Shown: positions 25,086-37,757 of the stretch, in pieces
Numbering within the stretch: the stretch's first letter is position 1
Layout: each line of letters opens with the position of its first letter
NCBI GenBank assembly: GCA_036630325.1
Contig: CP142726.1
Coordinates: 248,001-312,000, forward strand
Origin: Vairimorpha necatrix
Lineage: Eukaryota
Reading direction: 5' to 3'
Length of the DNA stretch: 64,000 bases
Position numbers and translations under genes: made by a program
Notes under the pieces: generated by a model
What the model was told of the DNA's origin: nothing
Seen by the model: the letters and a program-made list of their open reading frames with translations, nothing else
Database searches by the model: none

Positions 25086-27399
25086 TTTATAGTAATTTTT
25101 TGTTCTACTCTGTTATATCGTTATTTTTATGTTCTTAAATCTTATTTTTGTCATTACATGTCAGTATATTGTTTAATATTGTAATTATTTTGTAACTTGC
25201 TGTTTTGTTTGTCGCGCGTCGCAATATCGTAATTGTTGGTAAGAAATTATTCAAATTTTGAAAAGTATGTCAGTGGGGACTCTTAAATGAGGTGTATTAC
25301 ATATTTTTTTGTACAGAAACATTTATTAGATTATTTTTAGTAATTATTTAATCTTCTAGGATGTGATAACAGCCGAGTTTACCACAAACAAATATTGCAC
25401 CGATAGGACAAATCTATATTGTACAAGTCTTTTTTGATAATAACATTTTTAAATCAAAAAAAAATAGCTATAATATCGTTTTCTACTTTAAAAATTAATT
25501 TTAACTGAAAAAAAAAACTGAAAACAAAATAAATAAACAGAATCAATAAAACCAACAAACTTTATATTTGAAAAAAAAAATAAATAAATGGGATGAAATT
25601 TTTAATTTTCAAATAAAAAAAAGGATCGGATATGTTTGACTACAAACTCAAGTTAACGAACTTATTTGATGATTGTTATCAATAAAGAATATGCGTAAAT
25701 GTTCTCAAACGAAAGATGATAATTAAAAATCATACATAAAGTTGTAGACAATTTTCATTTTTTAGATTTAAAAATTAAATAATATCTCGAAAATACGTCA
25801 AAAGGCCATTATGATCTAGACATTATATAAAATAAAAGATGAAATAATACTATAATATCAACAAAGAATGTCATTCAATTCTAGCAACTAAATAAAACCA
25901 ATCCTAATAAAATTTTCATTCCGCTAACAGTTCATGACTATAAACCAATATAATTAGATATATGATTATCTTGACATGTTTTATTCATTATTGAAAAATA
26001 AGAAATGAATATAACACATAATGTATTTAAACTAGTGTTATATCTTTAAAGTGAGTTACAATATTAAGCGTATGATATAAATTTTCGAAATAGTAAGCTC
26101 AAAGTTATTATGCGGTGAAACATATAAAATTATGTTATTCTACACTTGATGGCAGCGTTTAAAAATTTACAAATGAGATGGAAAACGAATCAGTATAGCC
26201 GAGAATAAAACCTTTTAGGTAAATGTTTAATTAGTATTGATTAGATTTTCCTAGTCTCTACTCTAAGTAAAGTTACTTACTGACACTAAACATTGAATTC
26301 TATTGTAGTTTTGATATTTATGTTGTTGTCAACACTTCTAATTCAAATATTAAACGATAATAAACCCATATTAAAGCAACAATAAGTGTATAAAAATGCA
26401 CGATGATTATCACATTTATATATAGAAGTAAAAATAACTCAAGTATAGAACTTGTAAAATTGCTTATCTTCAAATAATATTTGTAATAGTAAAAATATAT
26501 TTACAATTTTCAAGTAGGACAACAACAAAAATTAAAATTAAATGAAGTTTTTTTAATTAACACAATTGATTTGTAAAATTATAAATTTAACAAGTTTTAA
26601 ATAAAGCGCATGTTCAAAAGATGCTTAAAATCAACATACAACAAAATGAAATATAATTTTTTTGAAAGTCCTATCAATAATAATACCAATTTGTTATAAT
26701 ACTATTATGAAGTTAAGAAAGATCTATATTCAAAATAAAAAATATGTTTTTGACATCACAATTAAGAAGATAAAAACAATCGCTATGGCTTTTTTATCTT
26801 CTAAAAACTAAAAACAGATGTTATGATGTTTTTTGTAAAGAAAGGTTTTTTTATGTTCTACGTCTTTGTATAGTCATCATTCCAATCGACCTTTGTTTTT
26901 TACGTTGTCTTATCTTAGCTTTATCAATATTTTATTTAGATGAATAAATTATTTTGGGCCTTTTCAATATCAGGCTTTCAGTGTAATCATAAACATGGAA
27001 TATTGTACACACTACTCGATTGGGTTGTTTAATTCAAATATTTGTTAATACTGTTATAACTATAATTTTTATATTGCGACCTAAGTCAAAGAGACGCACT
27101 GTTATTAAGCAACCATTGTAAATATAAAAATAATGCTTCTACATTATAACAAGATTGGTAATATAAAAAAAATCACAATTTGACATGTAATTGATTATCA
27201 ACTACATCATTAAAAATCTTGAATTTTTTTCTGTGATATTGAAAAAAATTTAAATGATTTATTCTTTCTATAAATATAAAATAATTTATATTTTCACCTT
27301 GTTAGTTATACAAAAAACATTTAAATACGTAAACAAATTTTTAAAAAAATTTGTTGTTTTTAATTGTAAACTTAAAAATAAATTAAAAGTAAATAAACA

Positions 27400-27852
27400 A
27401 TGAACAAATCTTTCAATTCTGTATTGAACTTCTGGAAAACTCAAGAAGTTGAGACTATTAGTGTGCAAATCAAAGAAATGATTTACATGAAAAAAAAATC
27501 AAATAATATTAGAATGAACAAACTTGATGGCACAATGTACTGCAAAAATTCTTATGCAGGAATTCTAGAAATGAAATCTATAAATGTAAGATATTTTGAG
27601 AAAAGGCCAGAGACTTATTCTAAATATTCCTTACAAAACGAGCATTTAAAAATAAATGATTATCACAAGATTTTTAAAGAAAGTGAGAAATTAAATCAGC
27701 TAGATGATTCGTTTCAAAATATACCTGAGCAGGAAAAAAATGTAATTTGTTTATATAAAAAGAATAACAGAAAGAGCAACAGTATATTTTGCAAATTTAA
27801 AGCTTTGGTGGTAAAATATTTCTTTTGTATGGGAGAATACGAAGAAAAATAA
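27400..27852 (+). CDS. Hypothetical protein (150 aa)
   Basis: 150 open codons in very AT-rich non-repeat DNA; AATAAA overlaps the stop. No CCC motif and no recognised domain. Confidence 0.55.
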   Translation: MNKSFNSVLNFWKTQEVETISVQIKEMIYMKKKSNNIRMNKLDGTMYCKNSYAGILEMKSINVRYFEKRPETYSKYSLQNEHLKINDYHKIFKESEKLNQLDDSFQNIPEQEKNVICLYKKNNRKSNSIFCKFKALVVKYFFCMGEYEEK

Positions 27853-28119
27853 ATCATTTGATTTTTTCGTTTTTTATTTCTTATCAATATTTTACAATAT
27901 CTAACTTTGGATTTAGTATGGCGATACAAAGTGATATTATGTTATTACATTTATAAAAAAATAAGATAGATAAATTAAAGAATTAAATTTTTGTCTAATT
28001 TACTTGTTTACGTAAATTTAGGCCAATACAAAGAACTAAATAAATATTATATACAAAAATACATATTTTATTGTATATTTAGATGTAAGATAATTACTAT
28101 GCCAAGATTGGATATATTA

Positions 28120-28291
28120 TGTCAAGGGACAGTTCTCCAGGGGTCCTACGCCAACCCCGGAGGCCAGAGAATACTAGTATATAGATATTCTCTTCTTTAT
28201 TGTAATCATCCCTAGAAGGGCATGAAGAAATCTAATAAACCATTTAATAGTAAAGATTCTTCAAGGACTGTTAGACATACAAAAGTCCACA
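28120..28291 (+). repeat. Solo LTR related to the element at 1341-5349
   Basis: TGTCAAGGGACAGTTCTCCAG...GTCCACA aligns to that LTR with an internal gap; 5-bp TSD TATTA on both sides. Confidence 0.85.
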
Positions 28292-28499
28292 TATTAATTA
28301 CGAAGTATTGATTGCAGATAAGGGGCAAAAGTTGTAATAGTATAAGTATGGATATGAAGCATCTTAGATGTTAATGGAAAAAAAGAATAATAAATTAGCC
28401 TTGTATATATAACAATAATGTTTCCTCAAATAAATACAGTCATTTTTATTAAAAAAAATAAGCTCAAAATAAATTATATTATACGCCGAAATAAATGTT

Positions 28500-30470
28500 A
28501 CTTTAAAAAAAACTAGAACTATGACAGAGAGGGTCTGAATACTGCAAGCTAAATAGATCTACTATCAGTAAATAGCTAGTTAAAAAGCCTAACTTTGTCT
28601 TAGAAAAAAGATTCATGAAAAAAGATTGCAGGCATTAAGACAATGTGAACCTGATCAAAAAGGCAAAGGCTTTTGATGAACTTTCGAATAAGAAAAAGCA
28701 TAAAGCTAAGAAGGTAATGAGTGAAACAACATGCTGCATGTCTACATCGAGATAATTTTTAAAGCCATTGCTTACTCAAAAAGGGAAAAGCACTATTCTT
28801 AACGAAGCTAGAGGTTGCTGACCGACGCAGATGTAAAAGGGCAAAAACGAAAATTAGAGCTCTATACTAGCAATTTTATAGAAAGCTTAAGTGCGCCATG
28901 AGTTTACCCACAATGAACCTATAAAGTAATAAGTCTGTTATGCTGCGCCTTGTGGAATAATAAGAGGAACCAAATACTGCAACAGTTTAGAAGTGTGTTC
29001 TCTAGAATACTATATTGTTAACCAGTATAAGATCACTTTCCAGACCTTGGAAGAATTTGTAGGTTCAAAATATTTGACAAATGGAAGCCTACAGTCAGCG
29101 ATAGAATCGTTAATTTATTTATTTAGAAGCTTAGAGATATACATCCATCCTTTCACAAAATTGTTTGGGAAATATGCCTGGATGGGGAAACCCCAAAACT
29201 TAGTTTTATATTGGGATTAATATTTAATACCAAAAGATACCCCACTAAAAGTAGTAATGAGTTCAGGCCTATTCTTTGTATGTCCAAGCTCTACAAGCAT
29301 ACAACGAAATTCATTAAGAAAGTAATGCAGCCAATTGCAGAAAGTTAGGGCATTGGCAGATAAACAACTAGAGACAGTCAAACAAGTCTAAAGAGCAAGC
29401 TATGATTATCATAGCAGTCAACAAAGAGTATGCCAGAAGGTGAAGACTATGTGGATAGATGTAAAGAAAGCCTACGACTCCGTAGATCATTCTTGTCTAT
29501 TAACGTGTATTAGCAAGTCAAATTTCCCTTATGAAAAAGTAAATTCTTAGAAGCCACGATTAAATGCTACACATTGAGATAAAAAGAGGGTCTGAAACGA
29601 ACCTAAATTTGAAGATTGAAGAGGCAAATTACAAAGCGATTCCTTTCGCCGCATTTGTTTGTGCTATTTAAAGAAATGTTGAGCAGGAAACAGAATTCAA
29701 CTTACCCAAAAATAGGAATACAGACCCACGAAAGTGTTATGAAACAAACCATCTTCTATTTATTAAAGATCTTGAGCTTCTCGCAGAAAACGATGTTGTT
29801 ATAAAACTGATGAATGGGGAAACAAAAAGTTTTTCTTGGCTGTAGGTTTATAAATGAACAGGTGTGAGTCTGAAACTAACTGTAGTGATTGTAGTGAAGA
29901 CGCAGTAGTACTAGAAGGGCATAAAGAATACAAATACCTTAGAATAACAGAGAATGCCTCTAGTGCTGTCAAAAGAGAGACTTTGAAAAAAGTAAGAAAT
30001 GAGATAATATAGGGGTTAAAAAACTGGGCTTGACTCAATTGAATTGCGAAACATAATTCAAGTTTATAATGAGCATGCAATATCAGTAATAAACTATCAT
30101 CTAGAATAATGAAATTATAACCAAAAGATCAAAGTCTAGATTTTGATATCTGACAGGTATTATTAAGTACCAGGTTCATCTTCGACCTGCAATGATTGAA
30201 TGTACCTAACTAGATCAGTAATTAGAAGAGGTCTTATAAGTATTTAAGAAAAAGGTGAAGGTATAATTCCAAACATATTAAAGCCTTAGATGGTCTAGAA
30301 TCAACTCACTAAGACGGGCGGCGATACGTGAATGTCGGCTAGAGAAAATACCACCTATTCAAACAAGAAGTAGTTTCTAAGAATCAAATATAGCTTATAG
30401 AAGAGATACCCCGAGGGTGCTTAAGGATCCGAAAATTCGCGCTTTACAACAAAATTGAAATGAAAACTAT
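28500..30470 (+). mobile_element. Degenerate non-LTR retrotransposon RT region
   Basis: WIDVKKAYDSVDH at ~29450 and YKYL at ~29930; nucleotide similarity to 7570-9575 on the opposite strand. Boundaries approximate. Confidence 0.7.
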
Positions 30471-30864
30471 TGACGTTAACCGAAATATGGAGTTTTAAGT
30501 ATTGTTTTTATCATTGCCTATTCTCATAAATTTCGGGATGTATTTATATACAATTTTTGAAACATTGCTCTGAATTATCATGTTTCTGATGTCGAGAAAA
30601 TAATCTGATTCGTCCGGACTATCTGCCGTCCACAGAATACTTTTTTTTGGAGGGGGATTTCATATTGATTTCTCTGTATTTGGCTTTTATGGCTTTTTGG
30701 TCATAGTTTGCTCACAGAAGATTCCAAACTCATTTTTTTTATGTTTATTGCAGGATTAGCATCTTTCCCGTTTTTCAATTTTAACTCAATGGTAAACCTT
30801 AAAGTACTTATATCTGAACGTGACGAATGACGATGTTCTATTCCGATTATAGGGAATTTTTTGG

Positions 30865-31639
30865 TTTTTTAATTCGCAACTAATATGTAGATCAATCCCT
30901 TACACGGGAACCAAATTATTGATATGTGGTCCTTGTCCAACTGTTTCTGCAAATTGTTACATACTAAAACACCGCCTTTTAACTTTACAGTACAACAAGC
31001 TTCGCCAAATCCATTATACTTTGACTCAAGAGAAGATTTTTTATTTGTACAACAAATCGCGTCTTTTGACCTTTTGCGAATATACTTACGTACATGGTTT
31101 TCTATAGACCAATGATATACCTTTTCGTACAAGCTAAAAGATTACAACAATCCTTGGCAATACACACACCTTTTACGTCGCCGCAATAATAGGCTGTCTT
31201 TTATTTTGAATGAGCTGAACCAACGTTGTATACCAGTTTCGGCAACTGAGGGCATAAGTATCCAGTATGAAAGTTCCACGAGAGCTTTTATTACTCTACT
31301 TGTATAATCAATTAGTTGGATCGAGGATACCGTTCTAATGTGCTATACCCTTATCTCATTCAGCCCGTACACATAAGATGCGCTTATGAACTTATATGTC
31401 GCCTCTCTTATGATTCTTTTCTCGGCCTTTAGGTGCGTTTCTGCACTAGATGCTAATCTCATTATGTATGACGCACACAAGTTTTAATGTATCAACTTAA
31501 CGTTAATGTTGACATTTTTATGGTATAAGTTGTTCTACCCTCATCATAGAAAGTAGAAACAATGGGGGTACTCCTAGAAATCGAACTCATCTATTGCTCG
31601 ATGAAAGCATCGCCTTCGACCACTGCGCTTTAATACAAC
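30865..31639 (-). mobile_element. tRNA-headed SINE-like family 1, diverged copy D
   Basis: Minus-strand head AGCGCAGTGGTCGAAGGCG...GAGTTCGATTTC; collinear with copies A/B along the full length (CATCATAGAAAGTAGAAACAAT, CACACAAGTTT, AATCGCGTC, CCCTTACA). Confidence 0.75.
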
Positions 31640-32257
31640 TTCATACAGCTTTTCCATCAATACTTTTATGGTATATTATTTGTTCTCTTCGCACAATAAT
31701 CGGATTGAAATTAAAGTGCACATAAACTCGCATTTATGTACAATCTGTTTTATTGATTATATATATATCCCTTTACAATTTCTTATTAGCAGTCATTTTT
31801 AGTTATCAGAAAAATAGAACAGCGCGTGTGTAGTTCTCATAAGGATTTTTAGTAAAAATTGGAAATTTAAGCTTTAAATGCTTTGTCGTTTAAGTTGATA
31901 AAGCTTTATTTTTTCAATATAAAATGTGTTTTTGTATCTTTACAATGACATTCCATTAATCTATGTATAATAATTGACAAATTATCGAGTTTATAATAAA
32001 AACATATTTTTTACTTAAAATTCGGCAACTCTAACTTCTCAATTTTTTTTATTGATATTTATATTGTAATTTGCACTTTAGGCATAAAAATATAAACAAA
32101 AGGTTTAAAGGGATCTCTGATTTATTTTTTTCATACTTAGTTGTTCGTTTTTTAAACGAAATTTATTATCATATCTATCTTTCTGTATAATTAAATTTCC
32201 TCATCTTATTTTTTTTACCCTCCTCCTTGCCTTTGGATTTTAAAGTACAAACACGGT

Positions 32258-35200
32258 TGTTGTATTATTTAAAAATTTATAAATTCCCCCCTTAATTTTA
32301 TCATGAATATAGATCTTAAAAATAAAATGGTGGTGAATGTCAAATTTGTGCCCATGACAAGGGAAATAACGGTGGGAAATGCCACTCTAGAGCTAAAAAG
32401 ACTGGAAAATTTGTCTTTTTTTAAAAGCATGAGCGAAGATGAAAAGATAGAATTCATTATTAGCAGAGCATGCCATGAAATCATTGAATGGTTTTGCAGT
32501 TCAACGTCAAGGAAAACTGCTATGAACTGGATTCGTTTTAAAGAGGAGTTGGAGGGGTTTTGCAGCCCAAGCAAAAGAGAAAAACGACGTGTTTCGTTTA
32601 AATCAGGAATATAATCAAACAATTTGTGAATAAATTAAATTGGTGGAGGAATCAGCAAAGCCCCACAAACTAAAAAATGAAGAAAAGATAAAAATAATTT
32701 TTTGCTGGACTGAAAGAGGATGTTCCAGATGTGAAAAGATTAATAATTAGGAGTAAAGTGTTAGATGAGAATTTAATTATGATATTTATTTGTTAGAAGA
32801 TATTTAGGCAGAAAAAATAAAAAAGGAAGAGAAGAAAAAGAAGAAAAAAGGGAACTTAAATCTAAAAAAGAAAAAATCAATGAATTAGAAGATATATTGT
32901 CGCAGCTACAAAGTTTAAAGGTTCAGGAACCAAAAAAGTTCTCTTGTTACAACTGTGGAAGGTCAGGCCATACTTATAAATTCTGTAGGGCCCCGCGAGA
33001 CAATAACAGATCATACAAAAGAATCAATGAAGTAGTAGGAGACGCTGAGAAGAAGTCCAGGACTTAATTAATAAAAATAATTCAGTTTATATCAATGGAA
33101 TATTATTTGAGGCTACACTGGACACCGGGTCCCATTATAATTTCATATAAGATGCTGTTAGATGAGTATTGAAAGTTAAAACAAAGAGTAACAATCAAAA
33201 ATGACCTTTTATACTTGTTTAGATAACCCTTTTTGTATTAAAGAACATGTTTTTTGGAAATTGAATATAAAGGAAAAAGATTAAGTCAGAAATTCTATAT
33301 TTTATCTAAAGTCAGAGCAGAGAAGATTCTTGTTGGAAGGGAAACAATCAAAATGTTAATGGAATGTGAGAAAATAGTGAATCAGGCAGAAATTAAAACA
33401 ACCGAAGGTGTTAAAGTCGATAAGAGAGAGTTCATGATTTGCCCAAGAAAATTGAATCAGGAATTGATGAGGCAGTAACTGAGTTGCTACAGAAAGGCTA
33501 CATTTTAGAATCTAAGTCCACGTGGTTAAACAATATAAGACCTGTAATTAAACCGAATGGAAGCATCCGAGTCACAACCAACCTTGTAGCAGTAAACAAA
33601 TTAATAGAACAAGACTGATACTCCTTACCTAATATAAATACTATCTTAGTTAATTTAATAGATATGAAATATTTCAGTAAGATTGATTTAAAGGATGGTT
33701 TCTTTCAAATCCCGTTGGCCAAAGAAGACCGACATAAAACAGCTTTTCGAGTACGACATAGATTGTACGAGTGGAATGTAATGCCTATGGGCTTTAGAAA
33801 TGCCCCAGCAATTTTTCAAAGGCATATAAATATAGTTTCGGCTGAAGAAATAGGTAAATCGTGTTTTGTTAACGTAGATGACATATTGATTTTTAGTAAA
33901 AGCGGAGAAGAACATGAGGCCGTCTTTAGAAATATTGTTAACATTTTATACAAAAAACATTTGGAGATTAATACCGAAAAAACAATTTATAAGCAAGAAA
34001 AAGTAGAATTTTTAGGCCATATAATCTTTCATAATAAGGTATATCCAAAACACTCAGTTACACAAGGCATTGATGATACGGAGATGCCCCAAGATCGAAA
34101 ACAAATACAAGAATTTTTGGGGTTTATTAATTATTATAGAAAATATGTTAAAGGATGTGCAATTCTTAAAGCACCTTTGTATGATATATTACAGGAAAAG
34201 AAAAAATTTATATGGGATGAGGCAGCAATGAATGCATTTGAAGCATTAAAGGGAGAACTTAAAAAGAAAATAGAATTAAACCAGCCGGATTTTAATAAGC
34301 CTTTCCAATTAGAAACAGATGCTTCCAATCATAGTATAGGAGCGATTTTATCACAAACGAATGAAAAGGAAAGATACCCAATAGCATTTGCTTCTAGAAG
34401 ATTAAAAGAACACGAGAAAAGTATAGTATTTCAGAAAAAGAATTTCTAGCAATCCTATGGGGACTCGAACATTTTAAATATTTTGTGTATGGGACACCGG
34501 TAGATGTTATTACAGATCATAAAGCTTTAGAGGTTATTAATAAAGGAGACATAACATGTCCTAGAATTCAGCGATGGTTAGATAGATTGAGTATGTTTGA
34601 CTTTTAATATTAAATATAGAAAAGGAAATGAGATGGTTCATGTAGATTGTCTTAGTAGAAACACTACGAGTACTGAATTAGAGAAAGCGGAGAATAATGT
34701 CCTAATGAGAATAAATTACATAGAATGTGACGAAAGTGAACAAAGAAAATTTATAAGAAAAGTTCATGAAGAGTGTTTACACAGAGGTGAAAAGACAATA
34801 AAACAAAAACTGCTTTCACAAGGTACTTGCTTTAATAATATGGACAGAATAATAAAAGAGGAGATTTCAAAATGTGTAGTATGCAAACAATACAATCCAA
34901 AAAAATAAACAATTTGTATTTGTGACAGCTCAAGAAGTAGGAGAAAAAGAGGCCGTGGATATAATAGGACCAATAGAAAATTGTTACATAATTTCTGGGA
35001 TTGATTATTTTTCGAGAAAGGGATTTGCAAAGATAATCAATTCAAGACAAGATAGGAATGTCCTCAAATTTGTGATGGAACTCCATAAAGAATTAAAAAT
35101 TCAGATGTTAGTTTGCGATCAATCTAAGGAAAATTTGAGTAAGAAAATCAAAGATTTTGCAAGAGAAGAAAATTTTAAACTGCATTACACCACCTTGTTC

Positions 35201-35725
35201 CATCATCAATCAAATGGACGGGTTGAGAGATTCAACAGAACTCTACAAGACCTAATATATAAGTTATACTGGATAAACTTCTTACAAATAAGCTTGCAAG
35301 AGCAATAAAAATATATAATGAGTCATATCACACTGGCATAGAGATGACGCCTGAAAAGGCCTTAAAAGAGGAAAATCATCAACGTTTAAGGGAAATACAA
35401 TTTAAGAAAAGAATTAAGTTCAGTAAGGAAAACTACAACAAAGAGAGGGAAGAAATATTAAAAAAGGATGATATAGTTTTAATTAAGGAGGGAGTAGGTT
35501 GACTAAGGGACAACCCAGCTTCAAGGTTAGAGGAATAATTCTTAACAAGGCTGGAGAGAATTCATATAACATTAAAGTAAAAAATAAAATAATCAAAAGG
35601 CATGCGTCACAACTTAAAGTAATTGTAGACGAGCTTTCCTCTTGACCATTGGGATGTTGTTTATTTAAAAATTTAAAATTCACCCTTTAATTTTATCATG
35701 AATAAAGATCTTAAAATTAAAAACA
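32258..35725 (+). mobile_element. Degenerate Ty3/Gypsy element with ~70-bp LTRs
   Basis: Diverged direct repeats 32258-32327 and 35655-35725; PBS-like TGGTGGTG; knuckle CYNCGRSGHTYKFC; protease LDTGS (~33120); RT IDLKDGF, MPMGFRNAP, VDD; RNase H ETDAS; integrase VDIIGP, VERFN. Multiple stops; no clear TSD. Confidence 0.9.
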
Positions 35726-36126
35726 ACCAAATAAAAAAGAAAGTAAAAGAATAATTCGGTAAACATAATTAATTTAAGAAAGGTAAATATAACAATTAGC
35801 CAATATTTTTTCCATTAAAGTTTTATTATGTAGAAATAACAACACTTATTTCGTAAATGTTTTTTAAAGAATCATTTACTCCTTGGCTGTCAAACCTCTC
35901 AACGAATTTTCTAGAAAAAAATTATGTATAAAAAAAAAAATTTATTTTAACCCATGCCTTTCGACTGGAAAGGAACGAAAATTATACAATTGCACTTAAG
36001 TTGTTTAAAAAAGACTTCAGGGAAAGATGATGCTAGTATTACTAGTATGTGCACAATCCATTAAAAACGAATAAAAATTGTAAAAATTATTGATTTGTTT
36101 TTTCTTTAAAAAGTGCCACTGCACCA

Positions 36127-36738
36127 TTATACATATTTAGTAGTTCTTCTGTAGTAATAACCTGCATAATTTATTTTGTTGTTAGCACTTTTGCTCTGAA
36201 ACCATCCGTAGATGGTTTGAGCATTGCATCTAAACAACAAGCACAAATTTTTTACCAATATTTGGTCGGGAAATTTAATATCCAAAAAAACAACCCAAAG
36301 TACATATTCTTGTACTTTAGTAAGTTTCATGGCGTTACGAGTTTTATTTGTTTTTAATTTCAATATCCCTAAAATTGCTTGGGCTTCTTTTTTCGTAAAT
36401 ATTTAATTTTTTCAGCTTCATAATATACTATTATTGCTCTACAATATATCTTTAAAGGATCTTGAGCTGTTTTAAAGTCTGTTGAGATAATCTTCGATTA
36501 TATTTCATTGTTTGTTTTTTTTTAAACCATCCGTAGATGGTCTGATTATTTCATCCAAACAACAAAGACAAATCTTTTACCAATATCTGGTCGGGATATT
36601 TAATTTTTATAGAAAGTACTTAAAGTACGTAGTCTTGTACTTTGGTTAGTTTTATGACGCCTTGAACTTTTATTGCTTTTAATTAAAATATACCCGAAAT
36701 TGCCTAGGCTTCGTTTATATTGATTCTACTATTCTTCA
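36127..36738 (-). pseudogene. Two tandem homeobox-like pseudogene units
   Basis: LTKVQEYVLWVVFLDIKFPDQILVKNLCLLFRCNAQTIYGWFQ has homeodomain spacing (L..Q..L...F....FP...L...WFQ). A second copy ~320 bp away (YPDQILVK...TIYGWFK) contains stops. Confidence 0.7.
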
Positions 36739-36972
36739 TGCCATCAAAGCAGAAAAAAAACATTCAAATACTTCAATGCGATGAAAAAAAATCAAGGAAA
36801 ACATTTCTAATTTAACATTTATTTATTACAAAATAAACAATGAGTTAAATATTATTAGTTTATTTGACATTTTATTTAATTTTTAAAATGAAAAAAAAAA
36901 TACTAAAACATTGTTAGTATTAATAATGTAATTCCATTTCTAGTTATTGTTTTTTTTGATCTATCATATACA

Positions 36973-37757
36973 TTTTTTTCTTGCAAATAAGAGGTAGGGA
37001 GAAACCTTACATAGGAACCAGAGGGATTTGGGTGTGATCCTCTTTCAACTGGTACTGTGAGATTCTAACTGACTAAAACTCCCCCCACACAACTTGCTGG
37101 TGCAGTAAGCTCCGCCGTATCCCTTGGACTTGCGCTCCAGGAGAACACTTTCCATTTATACCTCGAATCGCGTCAGAGTGACCTCACGGCGGATATACTT
37201 AACGGGCATGGTTATCTATAACCCGAGGAGAGACATCATCGTACTGACTCAAAGGTCCCTACAATCATCCGTATTGCACACACGGCTCCTTACACGACCA
37301 CACCCCAGCCCGACGTTTTTATTGGGCTGCTTTGACCACCAGTCTTCCACTAGTTTCGGCCACCGTGTTACAAAATCTTATAGGATAGGGTCCACGAGAC
37401 CTTCTATTGCCCTACTTCGTCTGGTCTCTTAGTTAGCATTAGGATCCCACTCTAGAGTGCACCAGCCATGGGCTCCAACTAGGCCGTACTCATCAGATAC
37501 TTTTATGTATCATTAAGTCACCAAGGGGTGATACTGCTTTTTGGCTTTGAGATGCGTTTCTACACTAGATGCTAATCCCTTGTGGCTGGACACACACAAG
37601 TTTCAATGAATCAACTTAATGATTATCGTGGACATTTTTATCATCTGAGTTGTTCCAACTGCATCATAGAAAGTAGAAACAATTTTGTGCCCCTGGGAAT
37701 CGAACCCAGCCATTGCTCAATGGAAGCATTGCATTCTACCACTGTGCTAAGGGCACC
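36973..37757 (-). mobile_element. tRNA-headed SINE-like family 1, copy A
   Basis: Head 37687-37757 with A-box TAGCACAGTGG, B-box GGTTCGATTCC and acceptor-like GTGCCC/GGGCAC pairing; A-run tail; full-length similarity to 56901-57687. Confidence 0.88.

Noticed and set aside
30869-31132. Protein coded by the SINE body (87-aa ORF), and plus-strand ORFs 37124, 37582, 57023, 57458
   Set aside because: Frames are broken by indels and stops in other copies; shared peptides only reflect DNA identity.
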